Origin: Octopus vulgaris
Lineage: Eukaryota
Assembly: GCA_951406725.2 (NCBI GenBank)
Contig: OX597833.1
Coordinates: forward strand, 38,440,001-38,504,000
Direction: 5' to 3'
DNA length: 64,000 bases
The translations under genes were made by a program, and so were the position numbers. Numbering within the stretch: position 1 is the first letter of the stretch; each line of letters starts with the position of its first letter. Below the pieces are notes generated by a model. The model was given only the letters and a program-made list of their open reading frames with translations, did not search any database and was not told the DNA's origin. Positions 13,306 through 26,731 of the stretch are shown one piece after another.

Positions 13306-13938
13306 ACACACACACACACTATACAGATGCCACAACCACAGAACCATAACCCTTTTAACTTAAACTTTAACAAGTCATAGTGCTAAAAATTCACCTGATG
13401 ATTCTACATTGTTCGTGTATGTCATGTGCTTTCCGATCAATACAAAATGGAAAAAATAAATAAAATAAAAGTGGTTGTAGTAGGAGGAGACTATTTATAA
13501 GCAAAGACTATATATAAGCAAAGTGGCAAAATTATATCTCTGATCATTGATTGAATGCACAAATTCATATTTACTCAGTTTACAGTTCATTGCCAATCAG
13601 TCTAATATAAAGGCGTTAAATATCATTTTTACCTGTTACTTTGAAAACAGAAAAAGAAAAAAAAAATTGACCAATATTCTGCTATTTTTATGACTAATGT
13701 TTTTTATCAATCTATCTATTGACCACTACACTTTTTTTCTATATACATATTTCTACCCAATTTCTCTTATGGCCTTTACACTTCCAACATATATATTTTG
13801 ATGGCTATATTTTCAATGAATGTAACTTGGCTTGCACTGAGAAGTGGAATACAAGGTTCACAACCATCATTGGTTGTGCTATCTGATCCTTGACTCATGT
13901 CAATGTAAGAAATTATTGTTTCCATTATTATTATTATC

Positions 13939-14160
13939 AAAGTGGCAAGCTGGCAGAATTGTTAGCATATCAGACGAAATGCTTAGTGGTATTAAACCCA
14001 TCGCTACATTCTTAGTTCAAATTCTGCTGAGGTCGACTTTGCCTTTCAACCTTTTCAGGTCAATAAATTAAGTACCAGTGAAACACTGGGGTCAATGTAA
14101 TTAACTGGTCCCCTCCCACCAGATTTCAGGCCTTGTGCCTTTAGTATAAAGGATTATCAT
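13939..14160 (+). mobile_element. SINE family B
   Basis: aaagtggcaagctggcagaattgttagc..gttcaaattc..gactttgcctttca..aagtaccagtg. Confidence 0.85.
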
Positions 14161-14197
14161 CATCATCATCATCCTTATTATTATTATTATTATTATT

Positions 14198-14512
14198 AGG
14201 CAGTGAGCTGATAGAATCATTAGCACGCTGGATGAAATGCTTTGCAGTATTTCACCGGTTGCTATGTTCTGAGTTCAAATTCTGCCGAGGTTGACCTTAC
14301 CTTTTGTCCTTTCAGGGTCGATAAAATAAGTACCAGTTGAGCACTGGCGTTGATATCGACGCCAGTGCTCAACTGGTACTTATTTTATTGACCCTGAAAT
14401 GATGAAAGGTAAAGTCAACCTTGGCAACATTTGAACTCAGAATGTAAAGATGGATGAAATGCTGATAAGCATTTTGCCCAGTGCAATAACAATTCTGCCA
14501 GTTTGCCACCTT
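14198..14512. mobile_element. Two SINE-B copies fused tail-to-tail as a palindrome
   Basis: Centre ..gagcactggcgttgat|atcgacgccagtgctc.. at 14354/14355. Confidence 0.9.
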
Positions 14513-14534
14513 AATAATAGTAGTAGTAGTAGTA

Positions 14535-14567
<33 letters not shown>

Positions 14568-15357
14568 GGGGGAGAGGTAGACCCAGGAAGACATGGGATG
14601 AGGTAGTCAAGCATGACCTCAGAGCGTTGGGCCTCACAGAGGCAATGACAAAGGACCGAAATCTCTGGAGATATGCTGTGACTGCAAAGACCTGGGCTGC
14701 TTCCTGTACCAGTCACGCATAGCCCCTGCCCATTCAAAGTACCTTGGATTCCAGAACATCCTGCTGTGCTTGAGGAGACCTATTGAGTCAAGTACATGAG
14801 CATCGAAATAAATATCAATGGAAATAGTAGTTGTGATACCTGTGCCGGTGGCACATAAAAAGCACCATCCAAACATGGCCGATGCCAGCTCCACCTCGAC
14901 TGGCTTCTGTGCCGGTGGCACATAAAAAGCACCATCTGAACGGGACTGATGCCAGCGCCGCCACGACTGGCTTCTGTGCCGGTGGCACATAAAAAGCACC
15001 ATCCGAACGTGACCGATGCCAGCGCCGCCTCGACTGGCTTCTGTGCCAGTGACACATAAAAAGCACCATCCGAACGTGGCTGATGCCAGTGCTGCCTTGA
15101 CTGGCTTCTGTGCCGGTGGCACGTTAAAAGCACCAACCGATCGTGGCTGATGCCAGATTCCCCTGGCACCTGTGCCGGTGGCACGTAAAAAGCACCCACT
15201 ACACTCGTGGAGTGGTTGGCGTTATGAAGGGCATCCAGCTGTAGAAACACTGCCAGATCAGACTGGAGCCTGGTGGAGCCCCTGGCTTCCCAGACCCCGG
15301 TCTAGCGTGTGCTAGTGCGGAAAACGGACGTTAAACGATGAGGATGATGATGATGAT
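14568..15357 (+). mobile_element. 5'-truncated, relatively young RTE LINE (ORF C-terminus, 3' UTR, (GAT)n tail)
   Basis: GRGRPRKTWDEVVKHDLRALGLTEAMTKDRNLWRYAV is a typical RTE ORF2 end (stop 14722); 3' end gaaaacggacgttaaacgatgaggatgatgat; many CpGs retained. Confidence 0.9.
14841..15196 (+). repeat. Tandem repeat of 67-bp units in the RTE 3' UTR
   Basis: tgtgccggtggcac(a/g)taaaaagcacc starts at 14841, 14908, 14975, 15042, 15109, 15171 (periods 67,67,67,67,62). Confidence 0.95.
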
Positions 15358-16042
15358 TCACTTTTGCAATTAGTACAACTACCATAAACAAGAGTATCAA
15401 TTACATTACTTTTTTATCCCAGATATCTAAATTCCCAGTTGATAGGATCAGAATGAAAAAACAAAAAGAGACATTTTTGTGTGTGCGCACCCATGCTCAC
15501 ACATACACAGCTTAGCAAATACACACTGCTGAAATAATGTGGCCATCTTGTATGAATAAATACGAATATAATTATACAACACTGTTTTAACATTGAGTTC
15601 TCACATAATTGTGGACTTCTTTGCCCACCAAATTGAACCTTTTACACACACACACACGTGCATGTTCATTTGATCTCTCTGTGTGAAAGATTGTGCAATT
15701 GTCTTTAATAACCTCCAGATGACCAATGCCTTATGTATTATATATTATATGTATTATGTATTATATATGTATATTTGTGTATGTGTGTGTGTGCGCGCTT
15801 GCATTTACACCAGTGTAAAATGATGTGTTGAAGACAAAAGGTCAATTCATGATACAGACATTTTTGAAATAAGTACTATACTGAAATAAATCCTCGGTTT
15901 GTTATGACTGATTAAAACCCTTCAAAGTATTGCCCAAGCATAATTGCAATCTAATGTCTAGAACCAGTAAGATAATATTGGTATACTAACATTTTAACTG
16001 GTAATTCTCTTCTCATTAAATCTGGTTGTGAATATTTCTTTC

Positions 16043-16266
16043 TTAACTCATTAGCATTCAGATTACTCTGTCAAATTAATGCTTATTTACATTGTTTAGA
16101 ATTAATCCTCTGTTATCTTGTAGCTTGGAGATTTCGATGATGTGATTGTTTATTTTTGGAATGTCATTGTAGAGTTGGTATGAGAGGCTGGATCTGGTCA
16201 GTTTGAACATAAAACAGGTAGATTATTTTAGCTGAATATGGCTGGTTGAAATGTTAAGGGATTTAA
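16043..16266. mobile_element. piggyBac-type MITE P1
   Basis: ttaactcattagcattcagattactc ... aatgttaagggat-ttaa. Confidence 0.8.
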
Positions 16267-16532
16267 GGCTTTTTCTTGACATTGAATTCTGTTGGTTTTA
16301 TTTTTTCTTGATACAGTCATTTTTCTTCATACAGTAGTTATTTGTTCTCTTGAGAAGTACACACCAATATCAACTATTTGTTGCCAATCAAGCTGATGAT
16401 TACAGTTAGCTATCAGGCTGATTGGACAAAACTTTTAGGTCTAGATATATGCTTTTGAAAGACATAGTTCTGTGTATGCAAGTGTGTGTATACCTCATGA
16501 TTAGTTTGTACCCCCCACCACCACTACTGCTA

Positions 16533-16570
<38 letters not shown>

Positions 16571-17363
16571 GAGAGAGAGAGAGAGTTGCCAATTTTAGAT
16601 ATGGAAGCTCTTCCAACTCCTCTCTGGATTGATTCATAGAAGAAGCAATTAATAATTTTACATAAACATTCACTAAAAAAAAATCTTTTCAACAAGAAAT
16701 TGAACTGGTTTTGTGTTGAACTGATATATATTATGTCTTGTCAGGTGGTGTTCATGAAAGACACAATAAAATGTAATCTAATTAAGCTTTCCCTGCTCCA
16801 ACTGCACTGTCACTAAGAGGCTCTTTCATTCATCTTGGAGTACTTCAAAGAATTATTTCTTTTTGAACACTATTTGATCTTAGTTAATTAAACATGTTCT
16901 GTAGACACCTCTTCTTTCTGGAACATTTTGTACTTTCTGTTTGCTGGCATAGACCATCACTTAGCCTGCTCATATTTTATAGCTTCATTTAAACATGTGT
17001 AATGTTTGAACTTTTGCTATGAAAGTGTACCAACTGGAGAATAACATGTGAGTCTGTTTTGCCACATCACATTGCTATTTATCTGTGGAATTTGGTGATA
17101 AAGCGTTAAACTGTGAAACATGCTACTGCTGTGCTGATCTCCTTTCTAACGTAAACTCAAGCTTCCTGTTTTATTTTTGTTTTCAAAGAATAAATACCAA
17201 ATATTTAAGAGACAGTTTTAAAGAGTTTATGAACAGGACAGAAAATCCTCATCATGGTTTTAGTGCTTGTTTCTCTCTTGCTGATATTCATTGGATAGGT
17301 TTTCTCTGCAGCATTAAGCAATGCAGCTAAATTTACTTGCAGACTGGCAAAAAATGCTTAAAT

Positions 17364-17660
17364 TATTTTATGTCCATATTTTCATGCTTGCATAGTTTGG
17401 GTGGTTTTCTCCATCACAGCATTTTGCTGCTTACTACTGTCCTTTCTGATCTTCTTTGTGAAGTTTAGTTTTTTGCGATCAGCCTTCATCACTTTTTTCT
17501 ATGTCTTCTTCATTCTTCTTCTTGCACAACTTCCTTCCACTTGGATCATCTTTTATATGCATCACATATTGGTACCAGTTGAGACTTCCCTTTTGCACAT
17601 TACATCTGATTCCTTTTATTCTTAGTCTTTCCCTCAACCATTTTGTGCACCATCATTTAT
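17364..17660 (-). mobile_element. Old RTE LINE 3' end
   Basis: Minus-strand remnants GIRCNVQ, IQVEGSCARRRMKKT*KKVMKAD, NAVMEKT, then atgcaagcatgaaaa tail motif. Confidence 0.65.
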
Positions 17661-18731
17661 GTATATGAACATTACACATCCATTAAAGAATACTCACCTT
17701 AATTCTTTCTGGCCTTTCCACATACACTACTTTTAATAATTGATGGATTCTGGTAATTAGTGTTGCAAATGGTTAGGTTACTTGTATTACTGAACTCTAT
17801 GAGTCTTGATCCCTCTTCCTTCAATGTGCAAAAACCATAAAATTTTTATTATCAAAATAGCCATTATTGTAGTGCCTAACATCTTCATGAATATCACCAG
17901 TCATAATAATGAGCTAACTGTTGTCTGTTGTCGAAGTAACCTGTAGTAGGCTAATGTAGGAATGACCTTTTTGCATATGTCAGTCCTGACTGTGGTGCAC
18001 AAGCTAATATTACTGTTGTTATGTGGCCTATTGCAAATGTGTGGGTGTCATGTCTGGCAACATCAGCAGTGGTCTGGTGCAGCGCAGCAGTGAGTCAGAA
18101 AATGGCACTGCTACAAAAATTATGATATCCAAACCTACCACCAACATCAACAAATATGATAACACTGAGGAAAAGCTGGGGAAGGTAAAAATCATTAGCA
18201 AAAAAAAAAAAAAAAAAAAGGTTGAGAACGACAGAAAAATTTAATAAAATAAGTAACTCCAACTCATCAATGGGTGCAACACTAATGACAGCTGCTGAAA
18301 CAAGAACAACAACAACAACAAAAATAATAATGTAAACAAGAATAAGGCCAAGGAATTTTCCCATTTGCAAGAGCATCTGGACAGGACACTTCAGTTCAAA
18401 GAATAAAATATAAGGTATATATATAAGAAGACAAGCTGAATCATTCACTGAGAAGCAGAGTCACCTATATCTGCATAAACTAAAAACCAAGAAGAGTACA
18501 AAACCTTTCTCCAGTGTAAATATGGAATTAGGAGCATTTCTAGTTGTGTGAGGCAATGAATGGTATCTCTACTGAGGAAGCATCTGGACAAAGGAAACAT
18601 GCTCAGCAGTTTTATACTCAAACTTCTGCTAAGTATGGTTGTCATCAGCTGTGTAGATGGAGAATCTCAAACTTGTATAATTCCTTGTATGACTACTTTA
18701 CAAACCGAAGAGAAATAGTGTATGTATGTGT

Positions 18732-18965
18732 AAGGTGGCGATCTGGCAGAAAGGTTAGCACTCCAGGCGAACTGCTTAGCGGTATTTCGTTTGCCGTTAC
18801 GTTCTGAGTTCAAATTCTGCCAAGGTTGACTTTGCCTTTCATCCTTTCAGGCTCAATAAATGAAGTACCAGTTACGTACTGGGGTCGATGTAATCGACTT
18901 AATCTCTTTGTCCTTGTTTGTCCCCTCTATGTTTAGCCCCTTGTGGACAATTAAGAAATAAGAAA
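18732..18965 (+). mobile_element. Full-length SINE family B
   Basis: aaggtggcgatctggcagaaaggttagc..gagttcaaattc..gactttgcctttcatcctttc..aagtaccagttacgtactggggtcgatgtaatcgac. Confidence 0.9.
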
Positions 18966-19389
18966 TAGTGTACGTATGTGTGAAGTGGGGTGAAGGATGT
19001 GGTAGATTTTGAAATAACATAGTCTATAATGAATTAAGCTGAAAGCCTCAAAATACACACATACACACACCCTGACAAATGTGCATGTATGCACATACAT
19101 GCACACACACACACAGAGATTAAGTACAATGCATACTGTGCTAGACTGCATGTTAAAGTAGCACTAGCAAATCTTACTACCTTTTATGCATGTTTTTATA
19201 TTTAACTTTTGGTTTAAAAGTATCTAATTGTTAAATCTGTGATTAAAAAAAACTAGTTTTAGTAAAATTTTGATACACAGATTATGAAAGTATTCAACCT
19301 TTGCTTCAATTCACAGATCATTCAGATATATTTAATACACTAATTTAGCAAGCATACTTTTTTTTTTATAATTATTCCTAACAAATCAC

Positions 19390-19628
19390 AGCACCATTTG
19401 AGCGTGGCCGTTGCCAGTACCGCCTGACTGGCCCTCATGCCGGTGGCATGTAAAAGCACCCACTATACTCTTGGAGTGGTTGGCGTTAGGAAGGGCATCC
19501 AGATGTAACAACTCTGCCAGATCAGATTGGAGTCTGGTGCAGCCATCTGGTTCGCCAGACCTCAGTCAAATCGTCCAGCCCATGCTAGCATGGAAAGTGG
19601 ATGTTAAATGATGTTGATGATGATGATG
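19390..19628 (+). mobile_element. RTE 3' UTR fragment (family C)
   Basis: atgccggtggcatgtaaaagcacccact..gagtggttggcgttaggaagggcatcc..(gat)n. Confidence 0.85.
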
Positions 19629-20339
19629 AAATCACAGCAGCAGCATGTTTTAATTATACTGTCATCAGTGATAATATATATCAAGACTTCAGTTTCTTAT
19701 TCTTAAGAAAAAATTTTTTCCAGCGGAAAAACCACAAAAACCAAAAACAAAATTAAAAAAAAAACACCTTTTCCCATTTCTGAAGCCGAGGCTTACACGT
19801 TGTCTTCTATAGTGAAAATGCTTTTGATATTTTCAATGAAAAATTACCTTGAATTTTTATTTTCCGTTGCTATATCTGCCTTATGATGAGCCATTTTCAT
19901 GTAGCCCACTGCTCATAAATGGTTGCCTATGCCTAACAAATACACACACATGCACACTAAGACATATAGTCAGACACATATACATACAACTAAGCACACA
20001 TGCATATGCAGACAGGCATATACACATACAGACATACATACACGAACACATATTGCTGAGGAAGATACTGAGATCCAAGACCTGGCATACATTTGTGTAC
20101 AATCGTGTATATACATGTTGAGAATGACACAAAACATGAACAGTAACAGTCAGTTCCACTACATGATGGCAACGAGCCAAAATGTAACTCGTTCTGCTCT
20201 TTCTTTCATCTCTTTCATTTCTTTTCTTTTGATTTAAAAAAAATATATTTTCTTTTATTTCATATCAGCTTTCTTTTTTCTTCCCCTCCTCCTCTCTTGC
20301 TTTCTTGCACTTCTTAATCTTTTTTCTTCTTTTCGGCAG

Positions 20340-20559
20340 TCTTGTTTTCTCTATATCTGAAGGGGCTCAGTGTTCACTCCCACTCTCTCAGATCACCATC
20401 TCCTCCTTCTCCTCCAATTTGTCCATCCCAACAGCCAATGAATTAGAAAACAACCAATCTATTATAAAGACTTCAACAGAAGAAATACTACAGGCAACAA
20501 AGAGTATTGGTAATCTATGTCAGAAAATCCCCTTCCTTCCTTGCCCCGACAGAGAGGAG
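20340..20559 (+). CDS. Candidate exon of an unidentified host gene
   Basis: Long polypyrimidine tract plus cag acceptor (20337-39), stop-free frame LVFSISEGAQCSLPLSQITISSFSSNLSIPTANELENNQSIIKTSTEEILQATKSIGNLCQKIPFLPCPDREE, consensus-like donor GAG|gtgagc; no recognised homology. Confidence 0.35.
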
Positions 20560-21029
20560 GTGAGCATTGATGTCTGTTTATTAGTAAGCATATGTTTGTT
20601 GTAATCTTGCAACTAAAGCAAAGTCATCTCTGTAGTCACTACTATCCAAAGAAGTAGTTTAGTCTGCACCAAATGCTGACCATTGACTGGCCTGGAAAGA
20701 CATTCAGTGAAGAAGCCATAATAAAAACCTTCTGCTTCTTTCTCTCTCTTACTCTTGCCCTCTGTGTCTGTATATGTACATACATATATGTATATACATG
20801 CACACTCGTATTGTTTGTAATGAACAAGAGAAGAAGTAATAATGTAAGTAATAAAAAGTGTAGAGTATAATTGCATTTATTCAGTTGATGGCTTATGCTG
20901 TTATTCTGAGTTTTATAATTCCTTAATTAGTCAGATAGCAAGTGCTGATCTGTAATGATAAAACACTCAAAAACAATTCAAGGTACGTTTGTGTATGTAT
21001 GCATGTATATATATGTGTGTGTGTATAAG

Positions 21030-21490
<461 letters not shown>

Positions 21491-21714
21491 TGTCCTAATT
21501 GTTTCTTCTCTGATCTTCCTTAGATTGTAATTTTGTGACCTGGTCTGTTGTATACCATAGAAAAACTGTATGAAGTTAGATATCATAGACATCAATTCAA
21601 TTGGATAAAGAGCAACAACTCCATTGAGTTTCTGATTTCATTGTACTATACTTACCATTGCCTTCTTTGAAAATTATGTATTTTAAATGTACCTACTCCA
21701 GCATTCACTCCTTA

Positions 21715-22175
21715 GAAGGGGAGAAATTGGCAAAAAAGCCAAACTCACTATCTTTAATTCCAGTTCTTGTGCCTATCCTCGCCTAGGGTTGTAAATGTTG
21801 GGTAGTGACCAAAAGAGTAAAATTGTGAATGCAAGTGGCCGAAATGAGGCTCTTCTGAAGAGTCTTTGGATTAACATTACTTGATAAGGTGTCTAGCTTG
21901 AAGATTAGGGAGTTTCTCTAACAGCTCCAATACTACAGACATATGATTAGAAAGAATTGGAATATGGCCCCTTCAAGCTGAGCCAAGTTGTAGGAGACTT
22001 AGGGTTAGAGCAAGAATAAGATGACTGAATAATATCCATAGTCTCTTCTTCATGTTTGCTTGGGAGTCCAGCTAGAAAGTCTAATGATAGAATCTTATGG
22101 AGGAGGTACTTGAAGACTTTACTTCCATAATCCTCCTAGGACTAGTGGATGGAGAAGATGGATGGATAGATAGAC
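21715..22175 (+). mobile_element. Decayed RTE LINE 3' part (Rex3/Expander-like)
   Basis: KAKLTIFNS..LVPILA*GCKCWVVTKRVKL*MQVAEMRLF*RVFGLTLLDKVSSLKIREFL; ends in a (ggat)n tail. Confidence 0.75.
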
Positions 22176-22899
22176 AGTTGCCATTTAAAAAAAATTTATT
22201 TCATTGTTTTGTTTTTGAAGATAGACATATTGTGATAGGACAGTTCATGTCCCCCACCAAAAATACAATTTGAAAAGGCTTCATAATCTCATAGTAGTAT
22301 TATTATGATCATTTAGGTTTCTATATTGAGAGGCTGCAGAATGCAGAGATAAGTTGAAGTGATTGTACTGATATAGCTAATGTTTGGCACATCACTGTTT
22401 TGTGTTTAAATTCAACTGAGGTCAATTAATTATGTATTAGTGAGTGAGTGGAATTGATTCATTTGTCAATGACTACACACTAACAAAATTAGCCCTGTAA
22501 CTAGTTAAAAAGAAATCATTATTATTTAATAGTTGTTGTTTTTATAAATTATTGTCATTGTTGTTTAATTCATGTTTAATATATATATGTTAAGTATTGC
22601 ATCATTGACATGTATAAACATCTAGACTGCCCATTTCCACTGGCATATAACTCAGATTTAAAACAAAAATCTCCTCCTCCCCCTCCTCCTCCTCCTCATC
22701 ATCATCACCACTACTACACCACCACCATCACCACACCACCACCACCATCATCGTCATCTCTTTTCCTTGTAGAGTTGAGCTATACACTTAATTCTACTCA
22801 TATTAATTTAACTGTCAGAAATAGTCTCCAGATCATCTGTGAATGTTTCCTAAGACAGACTGTTGTGCTATCTTGGAAAGAGTTTTTATTTTTGCCCAC

Positions 22900-23111
22900 T
22901 TAACTTTTCTGATACACCCGAGACTGTTTTTGCTTCTTTGATACAAATTTTTTGTTTTAACTTGAACTAAATGAAAACCTATTAAAATTTCATGTTAATG
23001 TTTCAAATGTCAGCTTAATAATGACAAAGTCATTTTACTAAATTCTTCATCAGTTTCAAAATTAATTGAAATAAAGAAAGTGTATTTGAACAGGTGGTAA
23101 CACAAGGTTAA
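22900..23111. mobile_element. piggyBac-type MITE P2
   Basis: ttaacttttctgatac ... caagg-ttaa; body matches 3852-4067 and 6477-6891. Confidence 0.7.
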
Positions 23112-23301
23112 ACACCATGATAACAGTGCTAAGAGCTGATCTTGAAAGGCAGCATTTCTGCCACCTCCTGACCAAGGTTCAAGGAACATTTGCTTTTTGT
23201 TTACATTCACTGATTGCATGATTATTTTTGTGGTTCGAAAGTCTTTTATTGTAGTGTCAGGTTGACCAGCATTTTGTGAGTGGCAGACGAAATTTATGCA
23301 A

Positions 23302-23340
<39 letters not shown>

Positions 23341-23941
23341 GCAAGACATGCAACTTAACTTAAAGAACAACATAACTCAAAGAATCATTTAAAAATTTAT
23401 TAGCTTATGTACGAGTTAATAAATGGTTTGTACATATTTTCATTTTTATTTTATTTGATTTTTGTATTGGTTTTTAGAGGTTTTTAAAAAGATTTTTCTA
23501 CTTTTAAGTATGCCCTTTGGGACCAACATAAATTCTGATACAATGATGGAAATGGAAATTTATTTCTTAAAAAAGAAAAACAATGTAAAGTTGTAAAAAG
23601 CATAACTTGAAACAATATAAGTCAATGTATGCCTGTATACTAGTTTAAATTGTAATGCCAATTTATGTCCTTTTATGCAGAAAAATAAAACTTCACCGTT
23701 CTTAGCCAACTTAACCATAGAAATTGATAATATGTATGAGACTGAAATATTAATATCAAACTGAGATAAGAACTTAGATTGATATAATGATTGAGTTAAG
23801 AAATATATTACAGTCTCAAGTGAGGTAGCACTTAATCTGAGGTTTGATTCAAAAGACTGCCTTCATTTTGGCAGTTGATTTTATCTTGGTGTTGATAGGT
23901 CTTTTGATTGTTGTAATCTGGCGTATTATTTACTGTAGCAA

Positions 23942-24190
23942 TTTATCAATCAATCAGCCATTCAGTGAGTCAGTCTGTCAATATATCGTTCAAATAATCA
24001 ATATATCAAACAGTCAGTATATTGATCAGTCGATCAATCAATCAATCAGTCAGTCCAAAATCAATTAATCGTCCTCTATCAGTTAATCAGTTAATATGTC
24101 AATTAATCAACTGGTCAATAAATCAATCAGTTAATATATCAATCATTCAATATATTGAGCAACCAATCTATCAGTTGATGTATCAATAAA
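23942..24190. repeat. Degenerate (ATCA)n tetranucleotide tract
   Basis: atcaatcaatcagtcagtc.. periodicity. Confidence 0.75.
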
Positions 24191-24546
24191 TTTAGTCATT
24201 ATTAAACATATCGCCACCACCACTGGTGGAGGGCATAATTAGTAGTGTATCAGATATATAATGTTTGGCAGTATTTAATTTTGTGCTTTTACAATACTGA
24301 GTTCAAATCTTTTGGGCCAAAATTAGGTATCAGTATTACCATTATTACCTTTAGCCTCTTCATCATCATCATCACCATTTTTACAAATTTTTACAAATTA
24401 TGTCTATTATTATTATGACTAATTTGACTATAAAATAAAGACAAGTAGCTTTCCAGAAACTATAATTCTAAACAGCAAACATACCAACACACACTCACAA
24501 CTCATATACATTCAATATTAACAGTAGAGTTATTGATTTGGCTAAC

Positions 24547-24582
<36 letters not shown>

Positions 24583-25294
24583 CTCTCACACACACATATA
24601 TTTCTCTCTCTCTCCTCCTCCTCTCCCTCCCTAGTAGTCTGAATCCTTTGCCCTTTATATGATCATCACCACCTGAATCCCCTCTAATGAAAGCATGCCT
24701 TTTCAAATTGTGTACTATAAATGTTTGTTTTGTTTGATCTACTGTTTTAACCTATTTTATTCCCCTTAAGATAATTCATCTGCCCCTTAGAACAGTGAGG
24801 TGAGGTTATTAAAAAATTGGTCCCATTTTGGCCTAGTCTGAAGATATTTTCCTTCCTGTAGTCATGGAGCCCTGAAAAAAATTATGAGCATTTGCCATTA
24901 AAAATAAATAAATAAATGGAATTGATATAAGTTTACAGAAAATCTTTCTGATATATCTTCATCCGTGGGCAAAATGAGCAACGCCCTAACTTCAGCAGCT
25001 GCCATTCTCTTTTAACATCTCAAAGTTGTTGGGGACTAAATATCTGCCTTTTTCATCACTTTCAGTCTCCCTCATTCAGTAACTGCTAGTATAGTTTCTG
25101 TAAAACTAAATTTACTCTAAACTTGCTCTGCTATATCACATACCAATGGTCCCTTACTTTTTTACACCTGGGTGTAACATGTCCAAATAGAACCCCACAT
25201 CAGTATACCCTCACAGTGCCTCACATCAATATATGCTCGCAGTTAGATAGCACTTCAATATGGTCACATGAGTGAAAGAGGCTGTTGTGATATT

Positions 25295-25505
25295 CTTTTA
25301 TTCTTTTACTTGTTTCAGTCATTTGACTGTGGCCATGCTGGAGCACTGCCTTTAAGTTAAATGAATCGACTCCAGGACTTACTTTTTGTAACCCTAGTAC
25401 TTATTCTATCAGGTGTTTTGCCGAACAGCTAAGTTACGGGGATGTAAATACACCAGCATTGGTTGTCAAGTGATGTTGGAGGGAGAAACACAACACACAC
25501 ACACA
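25295..25505 (-). mobile_element. SINE-A 3' half
   Basis: ttttacttgtttcagtcatttgactgtggccatgctggagcac..ggttgtcaag. Confidence 0.85.
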
Positions 25506-26245
25506 TTCACAAGTTCAATGAATCCACACTTGGTCTTCACTTCTATGTACAAATAAGGAGAACACATCATTTGTTGGTCCATAAGTGGACTGATTGTCAG
25601 CAGTGTATATATAATTTCCCAGCTCCTTTTTTTATGTTTAAAAAGTGGAAAGATTCATATATTCACATTAGCATATGCTGAGCAAAATTAAATTTTCTTT
25701 GTGCCCATCTCCCTTGTATCTAGAGTAGAGAAAATCCACATCCTCATCTCAAAACTGGTAACCTTCACTGTTCTGCTCAAAGGTAGGTGGAATATCAGCT
25801 TCCTCAACAGTAACGCTCTGGCAGGTAATGTACCCTCAGTGCTATGTATAGGCTATGCTGAAGAGGTTTGCATTTATCTCTGTATCTTACAAACTTTTGA
25901 ATCAAACAACTAAAACCACAATTTCATTGCTCCAAGCTCACCCTGTCACAACACCTTTCCCTTCTTCTAAAGAAAGAAAAAAAAAAGTTTCACAAAACAA
26001 GAAAAAAACCTCTACATGCTACAAATAGCAGCCACATTTAATCAAATCCTGTCTTGAAACAGGAAGGACACATTGAATAATTTAGTAGTTCTAGATATCA
26101 AAATAGATAGGATAGTCGAGACTGGAATACCTTTTGTCCTATATCTGTTAAGTCAAGCTTACCTTATGTTACACATAACATCAAGAAAGAGGAACAAAAA
26201 AAGAAAAAGCCTTTATTGAGTTATTTTTCTTTTAATCATATAGCT

Positions 26246-26451
26246 TTAACCCTTCACTGTTCAGATTATTCTGTCAAATGTAATGTTTATTTCTTCACAT
26301 TACTTTGAATTAATCACACATGATCTCATAGTGTTAAGATTCCAATGATGTGCTCCTTTATTATTAGAATAACATAGTAGGTTAGATATGGGTGACCTGA
26401 TCTAGATGGTTTGAGTATAAAGGTGGTGGGACATGATTTGAGAGAATTTAA
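26246..26451. mobile_element. piggyBac-type MITE P1 (diverged)
   Basis: ttaacccttcactgttcagattattctgtcaaatgtaatg.. matches the P1 body. Confidence 0.65.
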
Positions 26452-26487
26452 GCTACTATTTCTATCATCTTGAACAATCACATAGAG

Positions 26488-26731
26488 CAGTGGTTCTCTA
26501 CCATTTTTTTTTTTTTTTACCTCTGGAGCCCTTTGATTCACATTTTACTCAGATTAACCCCTATAGCCATTTGATGTTTTAAAACTCCTAATGTATTTTA
26601 TAATCAAATATTATTTGGGAATTGTATTAAAAATTAGTTGAAATATTTTTTGTATTGTCATAGCATAAGCAATTCATTGCAGATAGATTTTAACAACAAA
26701 ATCTTATATGGACCATATGTGAGAACCACTG
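26488..26731. mobile_element. hAT (Buster/Charlie-type) MITE
   Basis: TIR cagtggttctc / gagaaccactg with 8-bp TSD acatagag / acataaag (central TA). Confidence 0.9.

Noticed and set aside
14841-15196. CRISPR-like repeat-spacer array
   Set aside because: The intervening segments are near-identical to each other, the array lies in an RTE 3' UTR, the DNA is eukaryotic and no cas genes are present
14634-15250. Three overlapping minus-strand ORFs of 84-162 aa
   Set aside because: By-products of the GC-rich 67-bp tandem repeat
16690-17350. Possible decayed coding sequence (also 18340-18700, 25560-25900, 42020-42420)
   Set aside because: Composition suggests old TE remnants but I could not read a diagnostic motif; left uncalled
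23844-24068. ORF with a transmembrane-like stretch (TAFILAVDFILVLIGLLIVVIW)
   Set aside because: T-rich DNA gives hydrophobic codons, the acceptor is weak and the frame runs into an (ATCA)n tract
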